Assembly: GCA_963705305.1 (NCBI GenBank)
Contig: OY970067.1
Location: forward strand, 768,001-832,000
Reading direction: 5' to 3'
DNA length: 64,000 nt
DNA from: an uncultured Methylomirabilota bacterium
Lineage (GTDB): Bacteria > Methylomirabilota > Methylomirabilia > Methylomirabilales > 2-02-FULL-66-22
Of the stretch, positions 18,361 through 28,763 are shown in pieces. The stretch's first letter is position 1, and every line of letters begins with the position of its first letter. The notes under the pieces were generated by a model. It saw only the letters and a program-made list of their open reading frames with translations. It was not told the origin of the DNA and did no database searches. The translations under genes and the position numbers were made by a program.

Positions 18361-19476
18361 ATGAGCGCCAAGATACCGAGTGGAGTCCTGGAGACGAAGC
18401 AGCCCGACCTGTGGTTCGAGGACAACGCCGTCGGCCGGCTCAAGAAGGAGATTTGGGAGGCGTCCGACGCCCAGATCGACGCCTGGCTGAAGGAATACGG
18501 GTTCCCAGCCCACGGCTGCGAGTGGGCCACGCCCGGCAGCTATATCCAGACCACCGTCCGCCACCAAGTCGAGGCCAACCGGAAGAAGAACGACATCGTG
18601 CTCGTCCCGGTCGGCTGCACCGAGAATCACGGCCAGCACATGGTGAGCGCCGCCGACACCCTGTACGTGAGCATGATCTGCGAGGGGGTACGCCGCTACA
18701 CCGCCAAGCAGGGCGCCCCGATCAGCCTGGTGCTCCCTCCCTTCAGCTACGGGGGCCACCCCTACCACCACCTGGGCATGCCCGGGACCGTCATCCTGCG
18801 AGAGGAGGTGGTGCGGGAGCTGATGATCGACGTCATGCTCGGCCTCTGGAACGACGGCTTCCGCAAGCAGATCTGGATCAACAACCACGGCCACCTCTGG
18901 ATGCTGGAATCCGCGCTGCAGGAGTTCTGCAAGCGCTACCAGCTCCCCGGCATCTACCGGGTGATGGACTGGCACCGGGCCGTCCGGGAGTTCTTCCGGA
19001 CGGTGGAGAAAGGGGGACAGTACGACACCCCCTTCATCCACGCCGACGAGTCCGAGACCTCCCTGTCCCTCTACCTCACCCCCGAGATGGTGGACATGAC
19101 CCGCGCGGTGGATACGGAGTCGGTCCAGTTCCTGCCGGGCGGCCACTTCGACACCTCGGTGGACATGTATCACCGCCCGCACCGCTGGAGCGAGGGCGAG
19201 GGCCACTTCGCCATCGAGATCAAGGGCACCCCCGAAGGGGTCGTCGGCAAAGCGACCCACGCCGATCCCAAGAAGGCCAAGCGGCCGCTGGTCGCGATCC
19301 TGCGCTACCTCACCCTGGTGCAGGACGAGATCCTGGCGGCCTTCCCCGCCGGCACGCTGCCGCCGGTGGAGAAGACCAGCCTGCGCGATCCGGCCGAGCT
19401 GGCCCCCTACCTCAAGGAGCCCATGAGCCCCGGGTGGAAATCGGTCTACGGACTCCCGCTGGTAGGGCCGCGGTAG
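18361..19476 (+). CDS. iolN: 3-dehydro-scyllo-inosose hydrolase (creatininase family)
   Basis: PVGCTENHG, D, YGGHPYHHLGMPGT, NNHG, PFIHADESETS; adjacent to iolM. Confidence 0.85.
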   Translation: MSAKIPSGVLETKQPDLWFEDNAVGRLKKEIWEASDAQIDAWLKEYGFPAHGCEWATPGSYIQTTVRHQVEANRKKNDIVLVPVGCTENHGQHMVSAADTLYVSMICEGVRRYTAKQGAPISLVLPPFSYGGHPYHHLGMPGTVILREEVVRELMIDVMLGLWNDGFRKQIWINNHGHLWMLESALQEFCKRYQLPGIYRVMDWHRAVREFFRTVEKGGQYDTPFIHADESETSLSLYLTPEMVDMTRAVDTESVQFLPGGHFDTSVDMYHRPHRWSEGEGHFAIEIKGTPEGVVGKATHADPKKAKRPLVAILRYLTLVQDEILAAFPAGTLPPVEKTSLRDPAELAPYLKEPMSPGWKSVYGLPLVGPR

Positions 19477-19616
19477 CGCCCGCTCGTCGCGCTTTTTCAG
19501 AGGGGGGGACTCGGCTGTCCCGCGGCTGGGCAGCGAGCCCAGCCGTCCATGTCGGCTGACCGCTGATTGCTGATCGCTCGCCGGGCAGGGCTCCGCCTGC
19601 CAGAGGTGGCGCACCC

Positions 19617-20426
19617 ATGGGACGCTATCGGTACTTCCTGGCCATTCAAACGCGGCTGCCGGAGGATTACACGGCAGACGCGGAGTTCCGCCGGAACCTG
19701 GAGGCGCTGCAGCGTCTCGGCTTCGACGGGGTGGAGCTGAACATCCGCGATCCGGAGTCCGTGGAGCCCGGTCGCCTGAAGGCGCACCTCGCAGAGTTCG
19801 GCCTGGTCCTTTCCATGTTCGCCTCCGGCCTCACGGCCAAGACCTATCGGCTTTCCCTCGCCACAGCCGACGAGGGGCGGCGGCGCGAGGCGGTCCGGCG
19901 CAGCGTCCGCTTCCTGGAGTACGCGCACGAGTTCGGCGCGGGGATGATTGCCGGCCTCCTCAAGGGCGCGCCCCAGGAAAACGACCCGGCGGCGCTGGAG
20001 CGGCTGGCCGCCTCCGTGCTGGAGCTCGCCCCGGTCGCCGACCGGCTCCGGACCCCGCTGCTCATCGAGGCGGTGAACCGGTACGAGTCGCCCGTCGGTC
20101 ACAGCCTGGCGGACACCTGGGGCATCGCCGGCCGCGCCGGAAGCCCCTTCGTCCAGATCCTTCCGGACACCTTCCACATGAACATCGAGGAGACGAACAT
20201 GGAGCAGGCCCTGCGAACCCACCGGGCCTGCTTCAGCTCCCTCCACCTCTCGGACAACACGCGGTACTTCCCCGGCTTCGGAGCCCTGGATTTCGCCCGC
20301 ATCATCGGGATCCTGGACGGACTGGGCTACCAGGGGAAGCTGGCCATCGAGGGGAACGTGCGGACGAGCTTCGTCGCCGACGTGGAGACGGCCATGCAGC
20401 ACCTGGCGCCGGTCTTGGGTCGGTAG
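19617..20426 (+). CDS. Sugar phosphate isomerase/epimerase, IolO (5-keto-L-gluconate epimerase)-like
   Basis: GFDGVEL, IEAVNRYE, DTFHMNIEE, HLSDNTRYFPGFG; follows iolMN. Confidence 0.8.
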   Translation: MGRYRYFLAIQTRLPEDYTADAEFRRNLEALQRLGFDGVELNIRDPESVEPGRLKAHLAEFGLVLSMFASGLTAKTYRLSLATADEGRRREAVRRSVRFLEYAHEFGAGMIAGLLKGAPQENDPAALERLAASVLELAPVADRLRTPLLIEAVNRYESPVGHSLADTWGIAGRAGSPFVQILPDTFHMNIEETNMEQALRTHRACFSSLHLSDNTRYFPGFGALDFARIIGILDGLGYQGKLAIEGNVRTSFVADVETAMQHLAPVLGR

Positions 20427-20503
20427 GCGCCCGCGCCGCCGGGCGGGCCCAGGCGCGTGTCCGCGGCCGGGAGGCGGGGACCCCCGCGGCACAGCTCTTT
20501 AGG

Positions 20504-20711
20504 AGGGTGCTGAATAACTCGCTTTCATTGAGGCTGATCAAAAGGGCCCAAGTGCAAGGCGCCGCGCCGGGTACCCATCCGTGAGGATGGGTGCAGGCGC
20601 GAGGCGTACTTAGCACGTACGTCGCAGCGTCGCGGGAGCGCGCGGGTACCCGGCCGTAGGCTGGGCACCCATCAGATGGGTACCCGGCAGATGGGACTTT
20701 TTCAGCAGCCT
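20504..20711 (-). mobile_element. MITE-like element, copy B
   Basis: Terminal inverted repeats agggtgctgaataa / tttttcagcagcct; homologous in inverted orientation to 44885-45122. Confidence 0.75.
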
Positions 20712-20908
20712 GTCAGGAAGACGAACGCCCGGCTCCACCTTACGGAGCCGGGCGTCGGTCTTTTCTCGGACAGGCAGGGGGACGGGGGACGCCCCCTGGC
20801 AGGGCTACTCCAGCGCCGCGGGGACGCGCGACCCGACCGAGCACCCGACGGCGAGCCGGCCCCCCGGAATTCCTCCCGGCGCCCGCCGCGACCGGCCGAC
20901 CTGACGGG

Positions 20909-22183
20909 CTACCGCGCGACGAACTCCCGGTAGTTGTCCCGCAGCAGGCGCGCCACGTCCGCCTGGATGTGCTTGGCCGTCACCCGGAAGCCCGTGGCCT
21001 CCAAGTCCACATACTTGTCCGCCAGCACCTTGGCCAGCGTGCGACGGCTGTGCTCCCACTTGTACAGCAGCTGATCCAGGATCCGGGCATCCGAGTGCTG
21101 GGGGACGAAGCTGGTCCCCAGCAGCTCCAATCGCATCCGGGTGATCTCCTCGACCAGGGAGGGATTGTTCAGGAACCACCAGCAGCCGAAGGGCAGCAGG
21201 TTCCCGAACTTCCGGGCCGACGCGGCCAGCTCGTGCTGGTTCTCCCGCGCCAACATCGTCACTATGAACTTGTTCCTGGGAAAGTCCCGGCAGAGATTCA
21301 CCACCGACATCACATCCGCCGCTCCCACCGTGTCCCCGCCCTCCTGCAGCCCGGGATTGACGCGCAGCCTGGCGCCGATCATGAGGGCCCAGGGGGTCCG
21401 CCGCTCCGCCAGGACCGGCATCAGCGCCTCCTGGATGAACCGGTCGCCGGCCGGGTTCGCAGGATCCGGATAGCGGAATTCCGGCGGGAGGCTTGTGGCC
21501 ACATAGACCGCCCGCATGTGATCCAGCCAGTGCGCGAGAAAGCGCCGCACCTCCTCGACGGTCCTCCCGGAGAAGTCCGGTCGGGCCTCGTAGCCCCAGC
21601 CGGCCAGCTTGGCGCACGCTTCCGGCCAGTTCCGGAGCAGCGGGTCGATCCGCAGGACCGCCGCGAAGCGCGGATCGCCGGCCCCCTTCGGTCTCTTCTC
21701 CCACAGGCCGCGCTCGTGGTCGTCGAACACCGGATTGGTCATCGTGATGAGGTCGACGTTGGCGGCCCGCATCACCTTGTCGATATACTTGTCGGGGTTC
21801 TGCCGGGCGAACCACTTCCGGTAAGGAGCCAGCGACTTCTCATTGGGATCCAATCCCAGCATCTCCAGAGCCGTGAGCACTCCCCGGCAGGCCTCGCTGA
21901 CGGGCGCGCGCTCCACAAACAGGTGCTTCCAGATGTGGTCGGCCTGGGCCGACTTGCCCAGGGACCAGAATTTCTCATAGGGGAACTGCGTGGCCGGCAC
22001 GACCCGGAACACCTCGGCCACCAGGTAATGGTACGTCACCAGCTCGCCCACCCCCCAGAGCAGCAGCGCCCCCGGCGCCGGCGACGCCCCGAACACCGGA
22101 GGATAGGAGTGGGTGTGGAGATCGCTGACGGGCTGGGACCAGACCGCTTTGTCGACCTGTTGCTCGATGCGCGCCCGGCTCAT
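20909..22183 (-). CDS. Uronate (glucuronate) isomerase, divergent amidohydrolase-superfamily type
   Basis: DLHTH, LVTYHYLVAE, SEACRG, FGCWWFLNNP, PQHSDARILDQLLYKW. Confidence 0.88.
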   Translation of the reverse strand: MSRARIEQQVDKAVWSQPVSDLHTHSYPPVFGASPAPGALLLWGVGELVTYHYLVAEVFRVVPATQFPYEKFWSLGKSAQADHIWKHLFVERAPVSEACRGVLTALEMLGLDPNEKSLAPYRKWFARQNPDKYIDKVMRAANVDLITMTNPVFDDHERGLWEKRPKGAGDPRFAAVLRIDPLLRNWPEACAKLAGWGYEARPDFSGRTVEEVRRFLAHWLDHMRAVYVATSLPPEFRYPDPANPAGDRFIQEALMPVLAERRTPWALMIGARLRVNPGLQEGGDTVGAADVMSVVNLCRDFPRNKFIVTMLARENQHELAASARKFGNLLPFGCWWFLNNPSLVEEITRMRLELLGTSFVPQHSDARILDQLLYKWEHSRRTLAKVLADKYVDLEATGFRVTAKHIQADVARLLRDNYREFVAR

Positions 22184-22638
22184 GGGAATCCTCCTCGGCG
22201 GTGAATGTGTCGACCGGCCTCCGGCGAAGCATGGGCTACCCGAGGGAGCGCCGCGGGCGGAACCGGCATCCGACGACCAACCGCACCGTTGGCTGTTCGC
22301 GGCGCCCGTGCCCACTGCAGCATCCTCCAGGGTTCGCACCACTGTCAAGGCCTATTGCGCCGCGTTCCGGCGCGAACGCCGGGCCGATCCTGCCAGGAGC
22401 CTCGACCGGGCGCCCGCCGCGCCTTGCACTGTCTGCAGGGTTGCGCACAGGGGGGCGAAGCGGGTATCATTCCTCCCCGGGCGTCCAGGATCGGGCCGTC
22501 CTCCCCCCGTTCTGTTACGGCGAGGCGAGGGGCGGATCTGTGTGCGCCCGGAAGGGCTGGCGAATTTCCGGGCGGAGGGATGGGATCGTCGTAGCGCGGC
22601 GGCCCGGAGCTCCCCCGGAACGCCGGAGGAAGCACCCC

Positions 22639-23898
22639 ATGAAAGAGCAGCCGGCGCCGAAGCGCCGAGTGGTTGTCACGGGAATGGGGGCGCTCACCCC
22701 CCTGGGTATCGGGGTGGAGGAAAGCTGGCAGGCGCTCTGCCGCGGAGTCTCCGGCATCCGGCGGATTTCGCGGTTCGACACCACAAACCTCCGCACCAAG
22801 ATCGCCGGCGAGGTCAAGGGGTTCCGGCCGGCCGATTTCATGGACCCCCGGTTCGAGAAGCGGTTCGATCGCTTCATCACCTTCGGGCTGGCGACCAGCC
22901 GCATGGCGGTCTGGGACAGCAAGCTGGAGATCACCCCCCAGAACTCCGGCCGCATCGGCGTGATCGTCGGCAACTCCCTGGGGGGCGTGATGCTGCTCGA
23001 GGACAGCTTCCGCCTCATCGCCGAGGGCCGGGAGCGACGGGTCTCCCCCTTCTTCGTGCCCGGCATGCTCCCCAGCATGGCCTCCAGCCTCGTCGCCATC
23101 GAGCTGGGCATCCGCGGCCCGTGCCTTGTCATCAATGCCGCATGCGCGTCCGGATCGGATGCCATCGGCTCCGGACTTCGCCTGATCCAGTCCGGCGAGG
23201 TCGATGTGGTCCTGGCCGGGGGCACGGAGGCGGCTATCAGCCGCGTCATGTTCGCGGGCTACCACCCCATGAAGGCCACCACCGCCCGCAACGATTTCCC
23301 GGAGAAGGCATCGCGCCCCTTCGACCGCAACCGAGATGGGTTCGTTCCGGCGGAGGGGGCCGGCATGCTTGTTCTGGAAGAGCTGCAGACAGCGGTCGAC
23401 AGGGAAGCCAGAATTTACGGCGAAATCGCCGGCTACGGCTCCGTGTGCGAGGCCTACCACATCACGGGCCCGGACCCGGCCGGTACTGGCGCCATCGGCT
23501 GCATGACGCGGGCGCTCGCCGACGCGAATCTCCCCCCCGCCGCCGTCCAGTACGTCAACGCCCACGGCACATCCACCCCATTGAACGACATCGTAGAGAC
23601 CAAGGCCATCAAAAGCGTCTTCGGAGACCAGAGTCGCCGGCTCATGGTCAGCTCCAACAAGTCCATGACCGGCCACGCGGTCGGCGCGGCCGGGGCCATC
23701 GAGGCCATCTTCTCGCTGTGCGCCATCCAGGACGGCATCGTTCCTCCCACGATCAATTACGAGACACCCGACCCCGAGTGCGATCTCGATTACGTGCCGA
23801 ATACGGCCCGGCAGGCGCGGGTCGACGTCGTGCTGTCCAATTCCTTTGGCTTCGGCGGCACGCACGCATCCCTCGTCTTCCGCCGATTCACCGGGTGA
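22639..23898 (+). CDS. fabF: 3-oxoacyl-ACP synthase II
   Basis: RRVVVTGMG, AACASG (Cys), NAHGTST, GHAVGAAG, SNSFGFGG. Confidence 0.93.
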   Translation: MKEQPAPKRRVVVTGMGALTPLGIGVEESWQALCRGVSGIRRISRFDTTNLRTKIAGEVKGFRPADFMDPRFEKRFDRFITFGLATSRMAVWDSKLEITPQNSGRIGVIVGNSLGGVMLLEDSFRLIAEGRERRVSPFFVPGMLPSMASSLVAIELGIRGPCLVINAACASGSDAIGSGLRLIQSGEVDVVLAGGTEAAISRVMFAGYHPMKATTARNDFPEKASRPFDRNRDGFVPAEGAGMLVLEELQTAVDREARIYGEIAGYGSVCEAYHITGPDPAGTGAIGCMTRALADANLPPAAVQYVNAHGTSTPLNDIVETKAIKSVFGDQSRRLMVSSNKSMTGHAVGAAGAIEAIFSLCAIQDGIVPPTINYETPDPECDLDYVPNTARQARVDVVLSNSFGFGGTHASLVFRRFTG

Positions 23899-23948
23899 GT
23901 GGGCTCCGCGGAGCCGGGGTGAGGCTTCGCGGAGAAGGGAGGGTTGCC

Positions 23949-25571
23949 ATGGGTGACTTCGGCGAGCTCTTTGCGCGGGACTTCACCTACCTGCGAGCCT
24001 TCATGAAGAATGTCGCTCGCTACCCCGACCGGTACGCCTTGACCTGCACGACCCGGCAAGAATCCTGGACATACAGGGCGTTGAATGCCGAGTGCAACCG
24101 GCTGGCCCGTGCCTTCCTCGACTGGGGGCTCGGACCGACCGACGTGGTGATGGCCTGCCTGTTCAATACGGCGGAGTTCGTATTCTGCTGGATCGGGACC
24201 CAGAAAATGGACGCGGTGTTCTCGCCGATCAACTTCCGGCTGTCCGAGGGGGAGATCGCAGCCCATATCGAGGACTCCTCGCCGAAGCTCTTCCTGTACG
24301 ATGCCGACCTCAAGGAAATCATTCAGCGGGCCGTCCGACGCACGGAGCACCCGCCCGAGACCCTGATCATGGTGGGAGAGGGGGAGACTCCGCGGGGTTC
24401 CCTCGCCTACGCCGACTTTGTCGCGGGCAAGGCCGAAGACGATGTGGGGGTCTGTCGCAAGGGTCCCTTCGACGAGATCCTCAGGCTGTACACCTCCGGA
24501 ACCACCGGCCAACCCAAGGGGGTGCCGCTGACCAACGTCAACAACCTCCTCCGGAGCTACGACGTGATCATGCACTTCCCCTTGAGTCCCAACGACAAGG
24601 TCATGAACATGACCCCTTGGTTCCATGCAGGCGGGGTGCACACCGGCCCCTGCCCGAGCCTCCACGCAGGGGCGGAGAGCGTGGGACTGAAGGCGTTCAG
24701 TCCCAAACTGGTTCTCGACTCCGTCGAGAAGCTCCGGCTCACCTTCCTCGTGGGGGCCCCCACCAGCCTCGAGCTGCTCTCCCTGGCGCAGGCCAATGAG
24801 CCGCGGGATCTGAGTAGCTTGAAGGGGATCGTCACCATGGGGGCCCCCTTGAGCCGCGAGGCCTGCCTGAGATACCACGAGCTCCTCACCCCCAATATCT
24901 TCAACGGGTACGGGACCACCGAAACGTTCTGGAACACATTCCTGCGCCCGTACGACCTTCCGGCCAAGGCCGGCTCCGCGGGTCGCTCGTGCACCGACGA
25001 TATCGTGCGGGTGGTCAAGATCCCGGAAGACAGGACACACGCCGAGCCGGATGATCTGGTGGCCAGGGATGGAAAGGAAGAAGGCGAGGTCATCATCCAG
25101 ACGCTGAAGGCTCCCTACCGCTATCACAACAAGCCCGAAGACGAGCGCAGGAACTACTACCAGGGGTGGTACTATACCAAGGACATCGGCTGCTGGGACG
25201 AGGCCGGCTACGTCACCATCTGCGGGCGCCGCGACGACATGATCATCTCCGAGGGGGAGAACATCCACCCGGCGCAGGTCGAGGCCATCATCAACGAGTA
25301 TCCCAAGGTCGCCGACTCGATCGTCGTCGGCGTCCCGGATGCCGTGAAGGGGCAAGCGGTGGCCGCCTACGTGGTCCTCAAGGACGCCAGCCTGACGACG
25401 CGGGAGCTGTTCCAGTTCCTGACCCACCATCCGCGGCTGGCCCTCTTCAAGCGACCCCGCTATTTCAAGTTCGTCGATCAGATTCCGCTCACGGCGACCG
25501 GCAAGAAGAAGCATTTCCTGATCGAGGCACGGGCCAGGGAGGATCTCGAAAAGGGCGATTTGAAGCGCTGA
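23949..25571 (+). CDS. Acyl-CoA synthetase / AMP-binding enzyme
   Basis: YTSGTTGQPKG, NGYGTTE, TKD, GRRDDMIISEGENIHP, PLTATGK. Confidence 0.93.
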   Translation: MGDFGELFARDFTYLRAFMKNVARYPDRYALTCTTRQESWTYRALNAECNRLARAFLDWGLGPTDVVMACLFNTAEFVFCWIGTQKMDAVFSPINFRLSEGEIAAHIEDSSPKLFLYDADLKEIIQRAVRRTEHPPETLIMVGEGETPRGSLAYADFVAGKAEDDVGVCRKGPFDEILRLYTSGTTGQPKGVPLTNVNNLLRSYDVIMHFPLSPNDKVMNMTPWFHAGGVHTGPCPSLHAGAESVGLKAFSPKLVLDSVEKLRLTFLVGAPTSLELLSLAQANEPRDLSSLKGIVTMGAPLSREACLRYHELLTPNIFNGYGTTETFWNTFLRPYDLPAKAGSAGRSCTDDIVRVVKIPEDRTHAEPDDLVARDGKEEGEVIIQTLKAPYRYHNKPEDERRNYYQGWYYTKDIGCWDEAGYVTICGRRDDMIISEGENIHPAQVEAIINEYPKVADSIVVGVPDAVKGQAVAAYVVLKDASLTTRELFQFLTHHPRLALFKRPRYFKFVDQIPLTATGKKKHFLIEARAREDLEKGDLKR

Positions 25572-25639
25572 GTCCGGACGGACGGGTGGGCGGCGGCGCG
25601 CCGGGAGCGGTCCCCGGCTCCCCCGGCGGTGGGTTCTCC

Positions 25640-26785
25640 CTACCGCGCGAAGGTCGGGACGTATTCGCGGGCGTGCTCGAACATGGCGAGGACGTTCTCC
25701 GTTGGCACATCGGGCTGGATGTTGTGGCAGGAGGAAAAGATATAGCCGCCCCCCTCGCCCATGGCCTCGATCAGCTCTTCCACCATTCGCCTTACCTCCC
25801 GGAGGCTCCCCCGGGGCAGGATATGCTGATTCTCTGTGCCTCCCCAGAAGGCCAGGCGACCGCCGTACCTCCGCTTCAGCTCGGCGGGCTGCATCCCGGC
25901 GGCGGTGGGCTGGACGGGATTGAGGCCATCCACCCCGATCTCGATGAGGTCCTCGAGGATGTCGGCGACGGATCCGCAGGAGTGAAAGACCAGCTTGGCA
26001 GGCGACAGGTCGTGCACGGCCTGGAAGAACTTGCGGTGCCGCGGCTTGATGGACTTCAGGTAGTGCTGGCGGCTCACCTGGAGCCCCATCTGGGTCCCCA
26101 GATCGTCCGAGCAGACGATGACGTCCACATCCCGCCCGACCTGCCTGAGCTGGTTCTTGGTGATCTGAATCGTGACCTCCAGGACGGCATCGAAGAGGAC
26201 CTCCAGCCGCCTCAGATCCACCACGAAGTCACAGAACCAGTCCTCGAAGCCGCGCAGGTACTGGCTGATGTGGACGAAAGCCGAGGACACGTTCAGGACG
26301 ACCGCGCAATCCGTCTGCTCCCGGATCCGGCGCACGCGCTCCCGAAGGCCGGCCACCAGGCCGGGATCGTCGGGGTCCGGCCAGGGGTACTTCAGAATGT
26401 TGCCAGTGGTGATCTCTCCCGCCAGGGGCGAGCCCTTGAGGTCGTAGTAGTAGCTGCCCTCGGGCTGGACCCGCTCCACCCCCCACATATCTCGGTAGGC
26501 GCGCGGCCCCAGCTCCGCCAACACCCCTCGCGTCGCCGTGCCGGGCGAGACTCCCCGGGTGTCGATCGACAGCGCCCGCAGCGCGGTCTCGTCGATCTCG
26601 GCGATGCGCATCATGCGATCCACCAGGCGCGTTCCCGCCCCGATCCCGAAATGGGCCTTCAGTCGCTCGTACCCCTCCACCACCATGCTGGAGTTGCGCG
26701 TCCCGCCCAGATCCATCGGCACGCGATCCGGCTGCCGGTGGGATAGAGCCGCTATCACACGCTCGCGCGATGTCATCTGACTCAC
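25640..26785 (-). CDS. Uroporphyrinogen decarboxylase/MtaA-CmuA superfamily protein
   Basis: MTSRERV..PDRVPMDLG, DDLGTQ, FHSCG, LNPVQ, GGYIFSSCHNIQPDVP. Confidence 0.9.
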   Translation of the reverse strand: MSQMTSRERVIAALSHRQPDRVPMDLGGTRNSSMVVEGYERLKAHFGIGAGTRLVDRMMRIAEIDETALRALSIDTRGVSPGTATRGVLAELGPRAYRDMWGVERVQPEGSYYYDLKGSPLAGEITTGNILKYPWPDPDDPGLVAGLRERVRRIREQTDCAVVLNVSSAFVHISQYLRGFEDWFCDFVVDLRRLEVLFDAVLEVTIQITKNQLRQVGRDVDVIVCSDDLGTQMGLQVSRQHYLKSIKPRHRKFFQAVHDLSPAKLVFHSCGSVADILEDLIEIGVDGLNPVQPTAAGMQPAELKRRYGGRLAFWGGTENQHILPRGSLREVRRMVEELIEAMGEGGGYIFSSCHNIQPDVPTENVLAMFEHAREYVPTFAR

Positions 26786-26852
26786 GGCAACTCCTCCTGC
26801 ATCGGGCGGGGAGGCGGCGCGCCAGAGTGCGCCGGGGGTCCCCCCCGGCCTC

Positions 26853-27749
26853 TCAGTAGTCCTTGGGGTCCAGGAAGTCCCGCAGGCCGTCGCCGGCCAG
26901 GTTGAACGACAGGGCCAGAGAGAAAATGGCGAGCCCGGGCCACCAGGCCATCCAGGGGGCCTGCTCGAGGAACTGCTGGGCGGTGTTGAGCATGGTGCCC
27001 CAACTCGGGGCCGGCGGTTGTACCCCCAGTCCCAGGAATGACAGGATGGCCTCGGCGATGATGGCGCTGGGGATCGAGACGGTGGCCTGGACGAGGAGAA
27101 CGCTGAAGATGTTGGGAAGGATGTGCTGGAGCATCATGCGCAGGTCCCCGCCGCCCAGGGCGCGCGCGCTCTGGACATAATCCTCCGCCGCCGTGGACAG
27201 AACCAGGCCCCGCGTCAGCCGAATATAGGTGGGAGTGGCGGCCATCCCGATGGCCACGGTCGCGTTCAGCAGCGAGGCCCCCAGGATGGTGACGAGGCCG
27301 ATGGCCAGGATCAGGAACGGGAAGGACAGCCACGCGTCGGTCAGCCGCATGATCGCTTGATCGATAACGCCGCGGTAAAAGCCGGCCAGGAGGCCGATCG
27401 GGACGCCGAACGCGATGGCCAGGATGATGGAGAATACTCCCGCCTCCATCGAGATCCGCGCCCCCCAGATCACGCGCGAGTACACGTCCCGCCCCAGATC
27501 GTCCGTCCCGAAGGGGTGGGCGGCCGAGGGGGGCCTGCGGATTTGGCTCCAGTTGGTCTGGAGCGGGTCGGCCGTTGCGATCCACGGCGCGCCGATCGCC
27601 GTCACCAGGAACAGAAGCACGATCGCGGCGCCAACCAGTGCCGGGGGCCGCCGCAGGGCGCGGCGCCACGTGCGCCGCCGGCGGGAGGCGGGTGCGCCGG
27701 TCTCGCCGACGGTGTTCGCCTGTGGCCGTTTCCCACCCTCACGATCCAC
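26853..27749 (-). CDS. Peptide/nickel ABC permease (DppC/OppC)
   Basis: HPFGTDDLGRD, EAA-like loop YVQSARALG, LSFLGLG, GDGLRD. Confidence 0.95.
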   Translation of the reverse strand: MDREGGKRPQANTVGETGAPASRRRRTWRRALRRPPALVGAAIVLLFLVTAIGAPWIATADPLQTNWSQIRRPPSAAHPFGTDDLGRDVYSRVIWGARISMEAGVFSIILAIAFGVPIGLLAGFYRGVIDQAIMRLTDAWLSFPFLILAIGLVTILGASLLNATVAIGMAATPTYIRLTRGLVLSTAAEDYVQSARALGGGDLRMMLQHILPNIFSVLLVQATVSIPSAIIAEAILSFLGLGVQPPAPSWGTMLNTAQQFLEQAPWMAWWPGLAIFSLALSFNLAGDGLRDFLDPKDY

Positions 27750-28701
27750 CGGCCGACCCCTTGACGCGAATCCGCGGGTTGAGCAGCGAGTAGGACACGT
27801 CCACCAGGAGGTTGATCAGGACATAGGCGCTGGCCGTGATCATGACGACTCCCTGAACCAGGGGGTAGTCCCGCGTGAACACCGCCTCCACGATGAGTCG
27901 CCCAAAGCCGGGGATGACGAAGATCTGCTCGGTGACCACGGCGCCCCCCATGAGGGCCCCCATCTGCAGCCCCAGGATGGTGACGATGGGGATGAGGCCG
28001 TTCCGCAGGGCGTGGCGGAACACGACCACCCGCGCTGCCAGCCCTTTGCTGTAGGCGGTCCGGACGTAATTTGCGCTCATGACGTTGATCATGCTGTTGC
28101 GGGTCTGGCGCATCAGCACGGCCGCCAGCGACGCGCCCAGGACGAAGGCGGGCATGAGCATCCGCTCCAAGTTGGCGAGGGGGTCCCGGAACACCGGGAC
28201 GAAGCCCGAGGCGGGCAGCAGGTGGAGCCGGACGGAGAGAAAGAGAATCAGCATGATCCCCAGCCAGAAGCTCGGGATGGAGACGCCGCACAGCGACACG
28301 GCGTTGGCCAACAGATCCCAGACCGTGTTGCGGCGCAGGGCCGAGAAGATCCCGGCCGGGATGGCGATCCCGACGGCGATCAGCAGGGAGAGACAGGCGA
28401 GCTCCATCGTAATGGGGAGCTTCATCGCCACCACGTTGACCACCGGCTCCCGCGTCCGGATCGACTCGCCCAGATCCCCCCGCAGGGCCAGGCGGAGCCA
28501 GTGCACGTACTGGACGGGGACGGGGTCGTCCAGCCCGTACTTCGCCCGGATCTCTTGCAGTCCGGCCTCGTCCGCATCCGTCCCTGCCATGACGCGGGCG
28601 GGATCCCCGGGGATCATGCGGACGCCCGTGAAGACGATGAGGGTGATCAGGAAGAGAGTGAGGACAGAGATCGCCAGCCGCCGAATCAGGAACTCGAGCA
28701 C
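27739..28701 (-). CDS. Peptide/nickel ABC permease (DppB/OppB)
   Basis: PGDPA, GDLGES, YVRTAYSKGL, HALRN, RDYPLVQG, NPRIR. Confidence 0.95.
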   Translation of the reverse strand: MLEFLIRRLAISVLTLFLITLIVFTGVRMIPGDPARVMAGTDADEAGLQEIRAKYGLDDPVPVQYVHWLRLALRGDLGESIRTREPVVNVVAMKLPITMELACLSLLIAVGIAIPAGIFSALRRNTVWDLLANAVSLCGVSIPSFWLGIMLILFLSVRLHLLPASGFVPVFRDPLANLERMLMPAFVLGASLAAVLMRQTRNSMINVMSANYVRTAYSKGLAARVVVFRHALRNGLIPIVTILGLQMGALMGGAVVTEQIFVIPGFGRLIVEAVFTRDYPLVQGVVMITASAYVLINLLVDVSYSLLNPRIRVKGSAGGS

Positions 28702-28763
28702 GCATCATCCCCGATCCGGCGCCGCGTCCTCGGCGGACGCGGCGCCGGACCCGTTCCGGAAGG

